A stretch of 64,000 nt of DNA from Basidiobolus meristosporus CBS 931.73. Taxonomy: Eukaryota > Fungi > Basidiobolomycota. This document shows, in pieces, positions 1 to 11,368 of the stretch (position 1 is the first letter of the stretch; each line of letters starts with the position of its first letter). The translations under genes and the position numbers were made by a program. The stretch covers positions 34,937 to 98,936 of the forward strand of contig MCFE01000306.1 of NCBI GenBank assembly GCA_002104905.1, written 5' to 3'. The notes beneath the pieces are model-generated. The model worked only from the letters and a program-made list of their open reading frames with translations. It did no database searches and was not told the origin of the DNA.

Positions 1-1644
1 ATGCCCAGTCCATCGAGCTAGGCGAAGGTGAGAAGGCCGAGAAAACTGTGAGCCACTAGCACTAGAACACTGAGATTCCATGCCTTGCCTCCCGCCCGAG
101 CATACACACCTAATGTACCATTATCCCCAACATCAACACCTAGCAATCATTCATATCCATGCCCTTTCCGTACTTGTTGATTTATTTTTGGAGTAGCCTC
201 CTGTTATTGATCGATTGATTGAATGTTCATAATACCACACACCAACAGCAATAAACCCCCTAAATCCACATGTCCGATGCCGTTATCTTTCGAATCATTA
301 TTGCCGGCGGCACCATCATGCGACAACTTCGACAATGGCATGATGTCATGTTGGATGCCATATAATAGGCCTCCCAAGGCTCGAATAAGGAATGTTTGGT
401 TGGTTTCGGAGAGTCATCGGGCTAGTCATTGCACAGTTGAGGCCGTCGACTAGCATGTGAAGATACAAGACGGGGGCCGGTTTCACGAGGGGAAGATGCT
501 GGTGATGCTGGTGATGCTGGTGATACTGGTGATGGATAGATAGCATGGCGGCAGTCCTGTTCAGAAACCAGGGCGGTTCCGATGACCTCCAGCAGTTTCG
601 CTGGACCCATGGATGATAGTTTCTCAGATGAGCAGCCGATTTCGCAGATACTTGTGGCCATTTTTTCGCATCAATTGTAGTGTACGTGCATGTGCCAATT
701 TAGTCCAAGCCCAACATTCGATTGTTTCCAACTCAGTTCGAGCCAGCGTTTGGATAGATGTCGTTGGCCCAATCCCAGGCCACCGCCATCTTTAATTAAA
801 GCCACTAGGTTGATCAACAATAGGCATGCTTGATAGAGGCAAATGATGAAGATGCTCATTCCATATGATTGAACCGAAACCTGGCCATCGACCACCAGCC
901 TGGATGTTTACTTCCAGACGCATGGTGGTGCTTGATTCATGACTAACCTTTTTAGTAGCGCTCGCCGGCAAGGCATCGCCACATGACCCGGTGGATAATG
1001 GAACGCATCATAATCCACCGCAGATTGGGTATCTGCAGGAACCTATGGCAGCGGCCGAGCAATATTAAAGAATCCACCTCTCTGGCCTGATACTCCAGGT
1101 GATAACAGAATCCCAGGATCTGATCCGGATCCGGATCATGGAGCCGTGATTAAAGGGTAGTGCGCATCAAGATACATATATGTAGGTTGGAAACCGGGGT
1201 TTGTATCTCCAAAGTAGCTGATGCAGCCTGTGGAAGTGGATTTGTGCCGGGGGGACTGGCTCTCTTGTGTGCTACAGTGGGGTCCAGCCCAACTCCCTTG
1301 ACTCCCCAACTTCGTGACAATGCATACCAGAGCGCAAAGAAATCACCACTGCCTATGCTATTAGATGGCCGGGTCAACCCATAGGATGAGGGCTGTCTGA
1401 TCCTGGACCAATGTTGTTCAGGCCTGTATTCTGACTTGGTCCGTAACAGTGAATGACGAGGTGGTGAGTAGGGAATATTATACACGTGGGAACTGGATGA
1501 CTCATGTCCGGAACGAAATTATTCATCTGCTGTCATTTCACGCCGGATTTTCCCAAGCGCCAGCCAACCATGAAGAACAATCATAAAACCGTGCATAGGA
1601 GCTGGCACACTTAGATACCACCCTGAAATTCAATAATACTGCAG

Positions 1645-2187
1645 ATGACCCGTCACCCTGGAGTAGAGCGAGTCGCCTCGGCGTTAAACCAACTCAACAC
1701 CTCCTACAACATAGTCACTCTAGGTGAGTCGGCCCGCACCGCCCAACTGGCCGCGCAGCAGTTGAATTGTCATGTAGCCGCCATCGCGAATTCATTGATC
1801 TTCGAGGTTTCCGACAGCGGGTCACCTTTGCTCATTCTGACCAGCGGCGCGCACAAGGTCGACCTGAAGTTGGTTTGCTCCACTCTGGGGGTCAAGAAGC
1901 TCAAGAGAGCGACCCCGGAGTTCGTCCGACTGCACACGGGGTTTGCTATTGGCGGGGTTGCCCCAGTTGGTCATCCCGAGCCCATCAGAACAGTGGTCGA
2001 CCTGGAGCTGTCGCGTTTCAAGCATATCTGGGCGGCTGCTGGTCACCCACAAGCAGTGTTTCGAACCACCTTCGACGAATTGGTTCGCTTTTCTGACGGG
2101 CTGGCGATCAAGGTAGGGGAGGAGATAGCAGAGAGCGTTATCCAAGAAGCCCTAGCGTTGGACGGCGCCGAGGGCAGTCACGAATAA
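1645..2187 (+). CDS. YbaK/EbsC-like aminoacyl-tRNA deacylase (INS/tRNA_edit superfamily), intronless, bacterial-type
   Basis: 180-aa ORF with family motifs RTA..AA..L.C.V.AIANSLIF, PLL.LTSGAH.VD, HTGFAIGGVAPVGHP (GxxxP loop) and WAAAGHP..VF.TTFDEL. The match to Actinobacteria-type single-domain proteins is from recall, not a database search. Confidence 0.88.
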   Translation: MTRHPGVERVASALNQLNTSYNIVTLGESARTAQLAAQQLNCHVAAIANSLIFEVSDSGSPLLILTSGAHKVDLKLVCSTLGVKKLKRATPEFVRLHTGFAIGGVAPVGHPEPIRTVVDLELSRFKHIWAAAGHPQAVFRTTFDELVRFSDGLAIKVGEEIAESVIQEALALDGAEGSHE

Positions 2188-2514
2188 AGCAACCTTGAAT
2201 GACTCTATCCAGCACGGGCGTTTATTCTGATTCAGACCGTGAATAGTGAAATACTGGGAATACGGACTCATAGAAACTTTCCTTCTAAAGGTCGGTCCGC
2301 CAAAATGGGGTTGGACTTGGTACTGAGCTAGGTTTACTTTTTATCGGTTCACAAAAAACATTTCTCTTCCGAACTAAATGGCCTTTCCCACAAAACTGGG
2401 CTGGTTTCGTGTTCAATGGTGCGGATGTGTGGATGTAGGTGTGGGTGTGGGTGTGGGTGTGTGAGCGTGGAGATGGATTTGGGGGAAGGTGGGGGAATAG
2501 GTATCTATACGTTC

Positions 2515-5500
2515 TTAATGAATCGTAATTGAGGAATCGATCTCATCATAGTTGGGGGCGACTTCGGCACCTGCCGCCAATTCTTTCTTGTGTTGAAGGT
2601 GGATCATGGTGAGCTTGAAGTGCTTGAGAATGAAGTCAATTGGATTTCCTTCGGGGGTAATCAGAGCAGAGGAGTTGCTGGTCTTTGGAAGCGAGTCGTT
2701 CTCCATGCTTGCAACATTACTGTTGATCAGGTCGATGATACCGTTGAGGTGCTTGGGGGTAACCTGGTGAACAGGAGAGGCTAAGTGATGTGTGATCGGG
2801 CATCAACATTGTCGAACAATTACCTCTTCAACCTGGCGCTCAAAGAAATAGATGTAGCGGTTCAGAACCTCGACAAACAACTCGACATTTGTGACGGAGT
2901 CTAGGCAGGCGTCGGCAATCTTGAGCGCACGCTGCAGCGTTTCGAGAACCCGCTGTCCATTGCGATACATGTTGTCTTCCTTCTCGTCCTTTCCTGGAAC
3001 ATCAGTACCCCAAAACAAGTGGGAGCAATGATACACTGCACGACATTGATCCGGCTTTTTGAGCAATTTGCCACTGTGGAGAACACATTTGGTGATCAAT
3101 GTATCGTACTCCTCTGGCTTGAACCCTCTGCTGGTCTGCAAGGTGCCAACAATGAGCAGGATTGCTTGGAACTGAGCCTTCGATTCAGAAATGGACTCTT
3201 CATACACCGAGAAGGCCTGTACGAAGAATTCATATGCGATCTCCTCAAACCCGCATTCGTCTGCGGACTGGGCAGCGAGAAGGAAGAGACGCAAAGAGAG
3301 ATCATGGCATTCAGCCTTGTTGTAGAGAATGCCGATGAGCTGATGAATGAACTTGAACAATGTGGTGCACTTCTTGTTCCATTCCTCATCCTAAACATTG
3401 GCGACAACAGTTCGTCAGCGGTAGGATCTCATCAACCAACGTGTACCTGATACTTACCCTGCTTTCGAGCATATTGTATTTTCTGGCCAACTTAACGGCC
3501 TCGATGATCATCGGAGGGAAGGTGAAGCGAATGCGGTCCCCACCATCGCCGAATTGCTTTCTAGCGGCCAACAGCAGCTAGTCGTATGAATATGGTATGA
3601 GTCGGGTGTTCCGAAGGAAGGCTCACCACTACAACATACCATGATCTGTTCGTCAGGATCCTCATTACGGAAAAGATGGATCATTCGTGCAACCCAGCCT
3701 TGTTCCTCTGCGGCGTCTTCGTCATCCATAGGGCTCTTACCACTCAATGCGAATGACACGCCGATGCTTGCGTCTTTTTGATCTCTAACCAGCACGTTGC
3801 ATAACTCAAGCACGCCGTCGACTTCCTCTGGAGTGCTGATGACTGTTTCCTTCTTCAAAATACTGGAAATAATGGCGTGCGACACGGAGCGCCTGGTAGA
3901 ATAGGGCTGCAGCTCAAGTAAAGATTGGTAGTTCGTAAGAGACAGAAGCGTAAGGGCAGTTGGATAAGCGTTGACGGGAGCAAGCAGTAACGACAACAAA
4001 CTCGAAGTAGTGTTAGCTGTATGCAAGTCAGGGCTTTTACAAGCAAGGATAGGGAGACAAAAAAGGATTTAGTATAACAACTCCCAACGGCACGGCGACT
4101 GCAACATGCTATGGAGATTCCATTACCTTTCTTCGTACTCTATCATTTTCTCTTTCGTGAAGCCGATGATCTGATCAACATATTCCAACTCATCGGGATA
4201 GCAGCTAAGAGAAAGGTGAGCTAGAGAAACAAGCAGAGCGGTGATGTCTTGAATGGAGATGTCGGGACGGGCCTGAGAAGGCACGTCTTAGTTAAATGAC
4301 CCTGAACCCATGCTACGGTGGCAGTCTACCTTGATCAGCTCAACGATCTGCTCCCAGAAAACTTCGAACAACTTGACATCTTCCGGAATTCCACGGACTC
4401 TCTTGACACCATTTTCATCGACCTCATTTCCATTCTCGGCCTCTCTCGCGGCATATGCTGCAAGGCGGTCGATCAGGGAAATGACGATCTGCTTGACACT
4501 CACTCTAGGGTTGAGCTTGGCAAGTGCTGAAAGAAGCTGGTCCAGCGTACGTAGGTGGAAGTCATCCTCGAAAACCTAATGTCATAGCCACGCATCAGTA
4601 CGATCGGCTCCTTCGTCCGGGTTCGAACCCCACTTACTTGGATGATGGCTTCCAGAAGGTATTCTTGGGCGATCAGATCTTTGCAGCTGACAACCTGCTC
4701 TAAAATACCTGGGAGAATGGTCTGGATCGCGCAACAGTGGGAAGGTTATGAATGGTAGCTTTAAAGTTTCCCAGATTCTCAACCACTTTACCTCTTGATA
4801 CAGGTTTAAGGTAACGCCCTCGAGCTGGCTAAGCTTTACCAAATTGCTTCCGATAAGAATCTTGAGCTCCTTTCTTTCCATCTCACGCTTCTCTCTTTCA
4901 CGAGAATGCCCTTGATGCTGAAGGCGCACCCAGAGCTTGTTCATCTCCATAAAGTTGGTTAGCGTGAACTGGATAGAATCATTGAGATTCCCTTCCGGGC
5001 TGGAGATAAACGTTGTGAATACCAATGGCACATTTGAGATTGCACTAATGAAAATCTTGTATACCCCTCGCTGGTCCCGGTGGGTAAGTAATCGCGCGTA
5101 GCTCCTCCAAGATAATATCTAAGGAAGAGGCCTCTGGTGGGGTGTTGAACACCTCGGGCCATTTCCATCATATCTTTCATGATTTCCTTCACAGGTGCAT
5201 CTTTTATACTCATGTACACGCTCCCGACCGTGATCATCAAATAAAGACGAGGAATTATATTCCCAGCATACTGGACGAGTTCGTATAGTTCTGCGAGATG
5301 GTGACGACCTGAAGTGTGTGCCTCGTTCAGGAATGTGGACAAGTGTCTAAGAGAGTCGAATATGGCCATATCTAGAAACCGCAGGTTAGCAAGTGACCAG
5401 AAACCTACGGTCAAGCATCTCTCGGAAAAGAAAGAAAAACGCCCTACATAATTCGTAGTAATTTTTGGGAGTCAAAGAGGAGGTGCGCAATTCGGCTAGC

Positions 5501-5857
5501 ATGGTGGAGCAGTTTTTCAAGGCATCCATCAGGTTGTTGTTGTCCTAGAATTTAGGGGTTTCGTTAGTGTCAAGTGGACACGATCTACGTATTAGATGGC
5601 GGGAGGGATGATCCAGTGATGGCTGTCGAATACTGCTAGCGCCGCCCCAAGAAAAGCTTGAGAGCTCGTGCTTATCGTGAAGCCGGAAATATATCCAGAC
5701 CTCGGGCAACACTAGAATCTTCGGAATCAACCGCAAAAAATAGATAGATACGTACCAGGCATTTCTTCATCTGGAAAGACTGGACTTTAACCAGATTCAA
5801 AGCATCCTCTAGCAGTTTGCCTTGGCTTTCTGCATTTATAGAAGGTGAAGTTGCCAT
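2515..5857 (-). CDS. VPS35: Vacuolar protein sorting-associated protein 35 (retromer subunit), 11 exons, 839 aa
   Basis: Exons reconstructed by hand (minus strand): 5857-5756, 5544-5448, 5371-5065, 4999-4792, 4721-4638, 4575-4330, 4272-4127, 4033-3640, 3577-3458, 3390-2824, 2763-2515. All introns are GT-AG (57-211 bp) and the total 2520 nt is in frame. Motifs: [85 protein letters not shown]. Confidence 0.96.
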
Positions 5858-6962
5858 AGTGTACGGTAGAAACGGGGACCAACGTGTAGTAAGTAGAAGA
5901 TTAAATACTCGTCAATATACCAAATAACTCGAGCCTACGATCAAGAATCTACTCGGAAAAGATATTATCATGGAACCATACAACTTGATTCACTAAGATT
6001 GTTGCCATCCACGCTTTGATGTGACGCATCCCATAATCTCGAGCCGATATTCAATTGTGGAAGAACCACCCACGAAGGACCAATCAACTGCGAATCACCG
6101 TTCTACAGGTCATTCTGATCGCCGGAATTAGGAAACATGTGCAATTCGATTTTCTAGCAAGGGCTAACCAAAGCAAGCCGGCTCTATCCAGTGGACGCTG
6201 TTTCCGTTGGCAATCCTAGCTGTAGGGTCGGGACCAACACTTATATGGCGGGCTGTGAAGTTTCTGAAGTATCTGAGAATCCCCACGCCTTAGTGTTCAT
6301 GCTTGGGTCATATAGGTACGCGGACTCCAAAACTGCCCATTGCTTCTCTAGTGGAAATGCAATTGCAATGTTTCACTGTGTACGTTTCCGACAATTACTT
6401 ATCGAATGGTGGACCAAGGGCTCTGCATCACTGTTCATTGGCCAGGGAAGTGGCTCATTTAGACATATTTGGTAGGTAAATAGCAGTAGTAAAACTATCG
6501 ATTTGGCTGCATGCATCCCAGAAGTCCAATCCGAAAATCACGGTGAATTGTTGGTATTTATCGAGGTGCTGTGGAAATACGCAACCATGTTAATGATTAA
6601 TTTGTGTTGAACCCCAGGAAAACACTGCATAACTGTTGATTAATTTCCCCCACATCAACCGACAATGGACCATTTTCATTAATGCTAATGGAGGGGTGAT
6701 CGAAGCAAACAATCCATGCTTTGGGTATGAAGAGCATTCTCGATCCTACAGGAACGCATTTAAGTTGTGTGTAACTGCTGCATCGAGGGTTTATTTAATA
6801 GGGTAATCTGTGAATTCAAGAATTATGAGCAAGTTCATTTCTGAAGGGGAATATAGAATGCGTAAGTTTATAAAGTTGAGTGAATAGATTTACAAGTGCG
6901 GCGACCCTGTATCGAGCTTAATACAGAGAACCATCAGGCTTTGGCGATGGTTTTTGGTCTGT

Positions 6963-8312
6963 TTATATAAAGGGCTTTTCGTTGCTTGCTGCGGCCTCCA
7001 CAACGGCGGGCGTACTGTTGTTTCGGGCGAAGACGGTCTCGACATGGTAATAGGCGGATTCGCCCAGCTCGGATAGGTCAAGTCCTAGCTTCTCACTTTC
7101 CGAATCAGCACGAAGGCTTAGCCCAGGGATCTTGTCCATTACCCACAAGATCAAATACGTGATGATGAAGGTCCACGCAAACCCAGCCACACTTCCTGCA
7201 AGCTGAATCAGGATCTGCATGAAGTTGCCGTTGATCCAACCTCCTGCGATCAAAGTGCCGTCCAATGCAGCGATACGTTGCTCTGCGAAGATGCCAGTGA
7301 GAAGGTTTCCAATTACACCCCCAACCGCGTGAACCGCAAACACGTCCAGGGCATCGTCGAAATTCAGCAGATGCCCCAAATGGCGAGCATAATTGCACCC
7401 GATGCCTGCAACCACACCGAACAACAACGCAGCGGCAGGGCCAACAAACCCAGACCCAGGGGTTATGGCTACCAATCCGGCAACTGCACCAGAGCAAAAT
7501 GCAAGAGCCGAGAACTTGCGACCGGTGCGGAAATAATCGATCAAAACCCAGGTCAGAGCACCCGAGGCAGCGGCAATGTTGGTCACAACAATCGCCATGA
7601 TGGCTCTAAGCGAGCCGGCGAGTGCTGATCCTCCGTTGAAGCCAAACCAACCAAACCAAAGGAATGCCGTGCCCAACACTACGTTCGACATGTTGTGGGC
7701 CTTGAATTCTTCGGTACCGTGTCCTTCTCTTTTTCCTACTTTGATAGCATACGCCAACGCAGCAACTCCGGAGGAGATATGCACGGGAGTACCACCAGCG
7801 AAATCCAGACTCCCCAGTTTCATTGACCAGCCATCAGGCGACCAAGTCCAGTACGCGATGGGATCATAAACAAGAGTTGACCATATGAAGATGAAGATGA
7901 TCGTAGGCAGGATACGTGCTCGCTCCGCTGCAGCGCCTATGGCCAATGCTGGAGCGATGGAAGCGAACATACACTGATATATCATGAAAGCAAGGTCAGG
8001 AATCTTCGAACTGCCCACACTAGGATCTCCCAGCACGTTGATTAGAAAAGCGTGATTTAGGTTGCCAATGAACCAACTGCCGGTGCGACTAAAAGTAATA
8101 GAATAGCCCCAGATAAACCACTGGACAAGTACAACCGCTACAGACAAGCAGCTGAGCATTATAAGAGAAAGCGCGTTTTTGGAACGGGCCATGCCACTGT
8201 AGAAGTAGCCAACGCCCGGGATCATAAGGAATACAAGACTGGTCGATACCATGACCCATGTTATGTCGCCTGAGGCGTAAAGGGGTGTCGGTTCTGGAGA
8301 GGTGGTATTCAT
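6963..8312 (-). CDS. Ammonium transporter (Amt/MEP family), intronless, 449 aa
   Basis: Motifs WFIWGYS, FAFMIYQCMFA-like, DFAGGTPVHISSG, WFGWFGFNGGS, DDALDVFAVHAVGG. Both pore histidines are present; multiple TM segments. Confidence 0.96.
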   Translation of the reverse strand: MNTTSPEPTPLYASGDITWVMVSTSLVFLMIPGVGYFYSGMARSKNALSLIMLSCLSVAVVLVQWFIWGYSITFSRTGSWFIGNLNHAFLINVLGDPSVGSSKIPDLAFMIYQCMFASIAPALAIGAAAERARILPTIIFIFIWSTLVYDPIAYWTWSPDGWSMKLGSLDFAGGTPVHISSGVAALAYAIKVGKREGHGTEEFKAHNMSNVVLGTAFLWFGWFGFNGGSALAGSLRAIMAIVVTNIAAASGALTWVLIDYFRTGRKFSALAFCSGAVAGLVAITPGSGFVGPAAALLFGVVAGIGCNYARHLGHLLNFDDALDVFAVHAVGGVIGNLLTGIFAEQRIAALDGTLIAGGWINGNFMQILIQLAGSVAGFAWTFIITYLILWVMDKIPGLSLRADSESEKLGLDLSELGESAYYHVETVFARNNSTPAVVEAAASNEKPFI

Positions 8313-8366
8313 ACTTAGCTACGAGCGTTGTGCGAGTTGTGCTTCAGGTAGATGGCGGTGTGGTGT

Positions 8367-8726
8367 ATTTATAAGCGGGGATAGGCTGCACCGAGCATGG
8401 TTCCATTACGTTATGTTAATATATGGGACTGCCATGACCAATTTCGTCCAGGAGCAAGAGCCAATGGATAGCCAAATGTTTATCTTCGGAAATATAGGGG
8501 CGACGCTTGGTAGGTCTGCAACGACTTTATCTGCTTGATGGCTCCGAATAGGTAATGAAGGTACATGATGAGGGTTTCATCAATCTCCTATCTCGGAAGG
8601 GCAGCATGTGAAAGCTCGATTTCCATGTGACCCAAATCCGACGATACAAGGAGCCGATCAATTTTTATGCACCGATGGCTATTGTGTACCCGCTTGGGCG
8701 GACGATGGGCCCACCCGCCTTGATAG
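8367..8726 (-). promoter_or_regulatory. Putative ammonium transporter promoter: TATA box plus HGATAR cluster
   Basis: TATAAAT (minus strand) at 8367-8373, ~55 nt upstream of the ATG. HGATAR sites at 8480-8485, 8527-8532, 8588-8593 and 8721-8726. Confidence 0.45.
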
Positions 8727-10550
8727 GGAATAACTGGGGGCTGGTTATATCAGTCGTGTTCAGACGTTAAATTGTGAGTTGATTCTTGTGGTGGCCTGTG
8801 ATTGATTCTTCTCGTATCTACCTTAAACTTTAATCTCCTTTCGCGGCGAGCCAACCGCTATTGGCTTACCTGTCGACCAACACTGGCCTATTTCACGTGC
8901 AACCGCATGCATAATCCCCTCATCAATTCTCCTACAAGTACCCCAGACAATAGTTGATGCGGCCTTGAAACGGCCCAGTGCAGCTTACTAGCTTGGAAAA
9001 GTTAGTTTGACTGCCTCGCGATGCCAACCTGGATTCAAATCGCACGCACGAGGGCTTTCCGGTTATATTCCCGTCATCAAATGGGCAACTCTTTCATATG
9101 ATAGAGTCGCCTCCCCAATGGTCATAATGGCGCCTGCATAACACAGTGGTTGAATGGGATCCGAGGGTAGTATTTGTTGTGCTGCATGAGGCCACATCGG
9201 CGCCAGGTCTGACTGTGCACTTGCTGTGAGCCCGTGGAATCCATTCTGCTTCCTACTGGATTGTAAGAAGCCTCGCGTTAAATGGCCTAGGCATCTTCCC
9301 TCACTAATGCGCGCGGTCGACATAAGACCCATTCGAAAGAGGGAGTATTTTGCATCCTATGCAACCGGTATTATCTGAGAGAGCATGTGTGCAGTAGCGA
9401 ATATGGTTTTCCCAAATCCGTATCTAGCATCCATCATACATAGGGTGATATTGGGTGAGTGTTTCCCGACGGTTGATGCGCCACATGCCCCGCCAGACCT
9501 GGGAGAGGGTGAACGCAGTACTATTGAATTTAATGTCCAACATGTAAGGTGGATTCCAAGCGTCACCAATGTATGGCGCCATTTAAGGAGTAACCCATCC
9601 GAATTGATACATCGCCAGATTTACTCATAAATCGACATGAATCTCTTGCAATATGGTCTATAAGCACCATATACAGGGTTGCATTCAAGTCAGAATCACA
9701 CATTGGCTGATGGTGTATGATTGATTTCCCTATATAAAGCAGCCCTGCATGCTTATTTGTTTACTATGAGAAGTCATCCACGTTGTCGTGTAGCATGCGA
9801 GATTTGGTCCAGAGTAGCAAGTCCATGTTTCCAGCCAGCCTATTGATACCCCACATCTCTCATGACCTACTTGGGTCAAAGCGTATGGTTGAGATGCAGC
9901 CTCTCTGCAAACGACGCATCTCGGGAGTGTTCACCCAGGGTCCATATTTGTGGCAATTCAACAAAATCTCCCTTTCTCAGAGGGTATTCGCTCGATTACG
10001 AGCCCTTGGTTGAGGTTCGCAATTAAGGTACAGTTGGGCCATAGAGATCAAGGCATATAATATCCAGTGCACCAAGACATGTCGCTTCTGTGGAGCCAAC
10101 CCTGTTCTTACTGGAGATCCGAATATTCTTGGTTTCCGCAGTGTAACAGTAAGCACCCTAGAAAAAATCACATTTGAAATCGATGGAGATCTTGTTGGTG
10201 ATTCCTTCAAACTTCAAGCATGGCTCTGCATGTGCCTCTCTCCCGTTGCATCCAAATACGACGACGACTTTGTGGAGATTTAGTCTACCTTCGACTGATA
10301 AATGTCTTCTACCCAGTTGTAAATCTACTCTGTATCCGCTCAATATCAGGATCTTCCAGTCCGGGGTTTTCTCCTATCGTACTGGTGCACAGCTGGTTTG
10401 CGCGGATGTGTTTCATACGTTCCTTGACCCGTTCCGGAAATAAAATCAACTGGTGTGATTATTCCATTTGGATGATTGATAGCAAATGCAAATTTGGTAA
10501 TTGGGTGATTAACTAGAACGAGATGCTTCCGCCCTTAACACAGATATTAA

Positions 10551-11368
10551 TGTTGCAAAAATTTGGAATTCCACCTAAATATTCACCTAACTTAGTCACT
10601 TAGATCATTACCTAAAGATCTTTGAGGATTCTGACCAAATTCCTTGTCGGGATTTACTTGGAATATTTACCCAGAACATGAAAATTAGATAAGTTGTCCA
10701 AACAGCCCCAAGCTTTGCACACATGTTCTTAGGACCTTCCTAAACTTATTCTACGTGTTTGTTATGCCAAAACAATGTAAAAGTACAAATACTACTTTTG
10801 CATTCAATAAATCATCAAGTGAAAACCACATAATCTACTTGCTCTCAAAATCACTTTCAGTATCTCCAAGACTATTACAGCAGGTTATGAGCCCCAAGCT
10901 ATCAATTGCTGCAATGTCTACCACTCCTATTACTGGAACTTTTCCATCTGCTGAAAAGTTGGATGGATCTAACTACCAAGTGTGGAAGGTAAAGATGAAG
11001 ATGCTGCTACAAGAAAGAGGCCTTTGGGATATTGTCATGGGAGAAGAATGCCCTCCAAAAAACATGGGAGAGGAAGCCTTAAAATACCAGAAGAAAGAAC
11101 AGAGTGCCTTTAACTGCATTTGCCTTAATGTTAAAGTCAAATTGCTAGTTCAATGCTCAAGAGCAAAAATGGCAAAGATTGCCTGGAAGGCATTAGAAGA
11201 CACATACCAGTCATGTTCAGCTGCTAAGAAAATGTATCCAAGACAAAAATTCTTTACTACTAAGATGCAGCCAGGAGAAGAAATGTAAAATCTGATTAAC
11301 AGTATAACCCCACTCATGGATGAGATGGAATATGTGGGTGTACCAGCTACTGATGAAGATGTGATAGT
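10551..11368 (+). mobile_element. Ty1/Copia family A, 5'-truncated relic: 5' LTR, PBS and partial gag
   Basis: LTR 10551-10882 (TGTTG...CA, ~17-bp internal deletion); PBS GGTTATGAGCCC 10883-10894; gag KLDGSNYQVWKVKMKMLLQERGLWD. It is interrupted by a second copy of the same family at 11369. Confidence 0.9.

Noticed and set aside
346-661. His/Gln-rich and SPA-repeat ORFs over a (GATGCTGGT)x4 tandem repeat
   Set aside because: The low-complexity peptides are produced by the 9-bp repeat; there is no recognisable domain or splice structure, so I cannot support a gene call.
2430-2465. (GGTGTG)n tract resembling a TG1-3 telomere seed
   Set aside because: Only ~3 units, lying in the VPS35 3' region; an ordinary microsatellite.
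3019-7869. Long alternative-frame or antisense ORFs (e.g. 3019-3450, 7105-7497, 7278-7628)
   Set aside because: Shadows of the VPS35 and ammonium transporter coding sequences.
9063-10516. Several 70-98 aa ORFs between the transporter and the TE block
   Set aside because: No domain, no consistent exon chain and no homology recognised.
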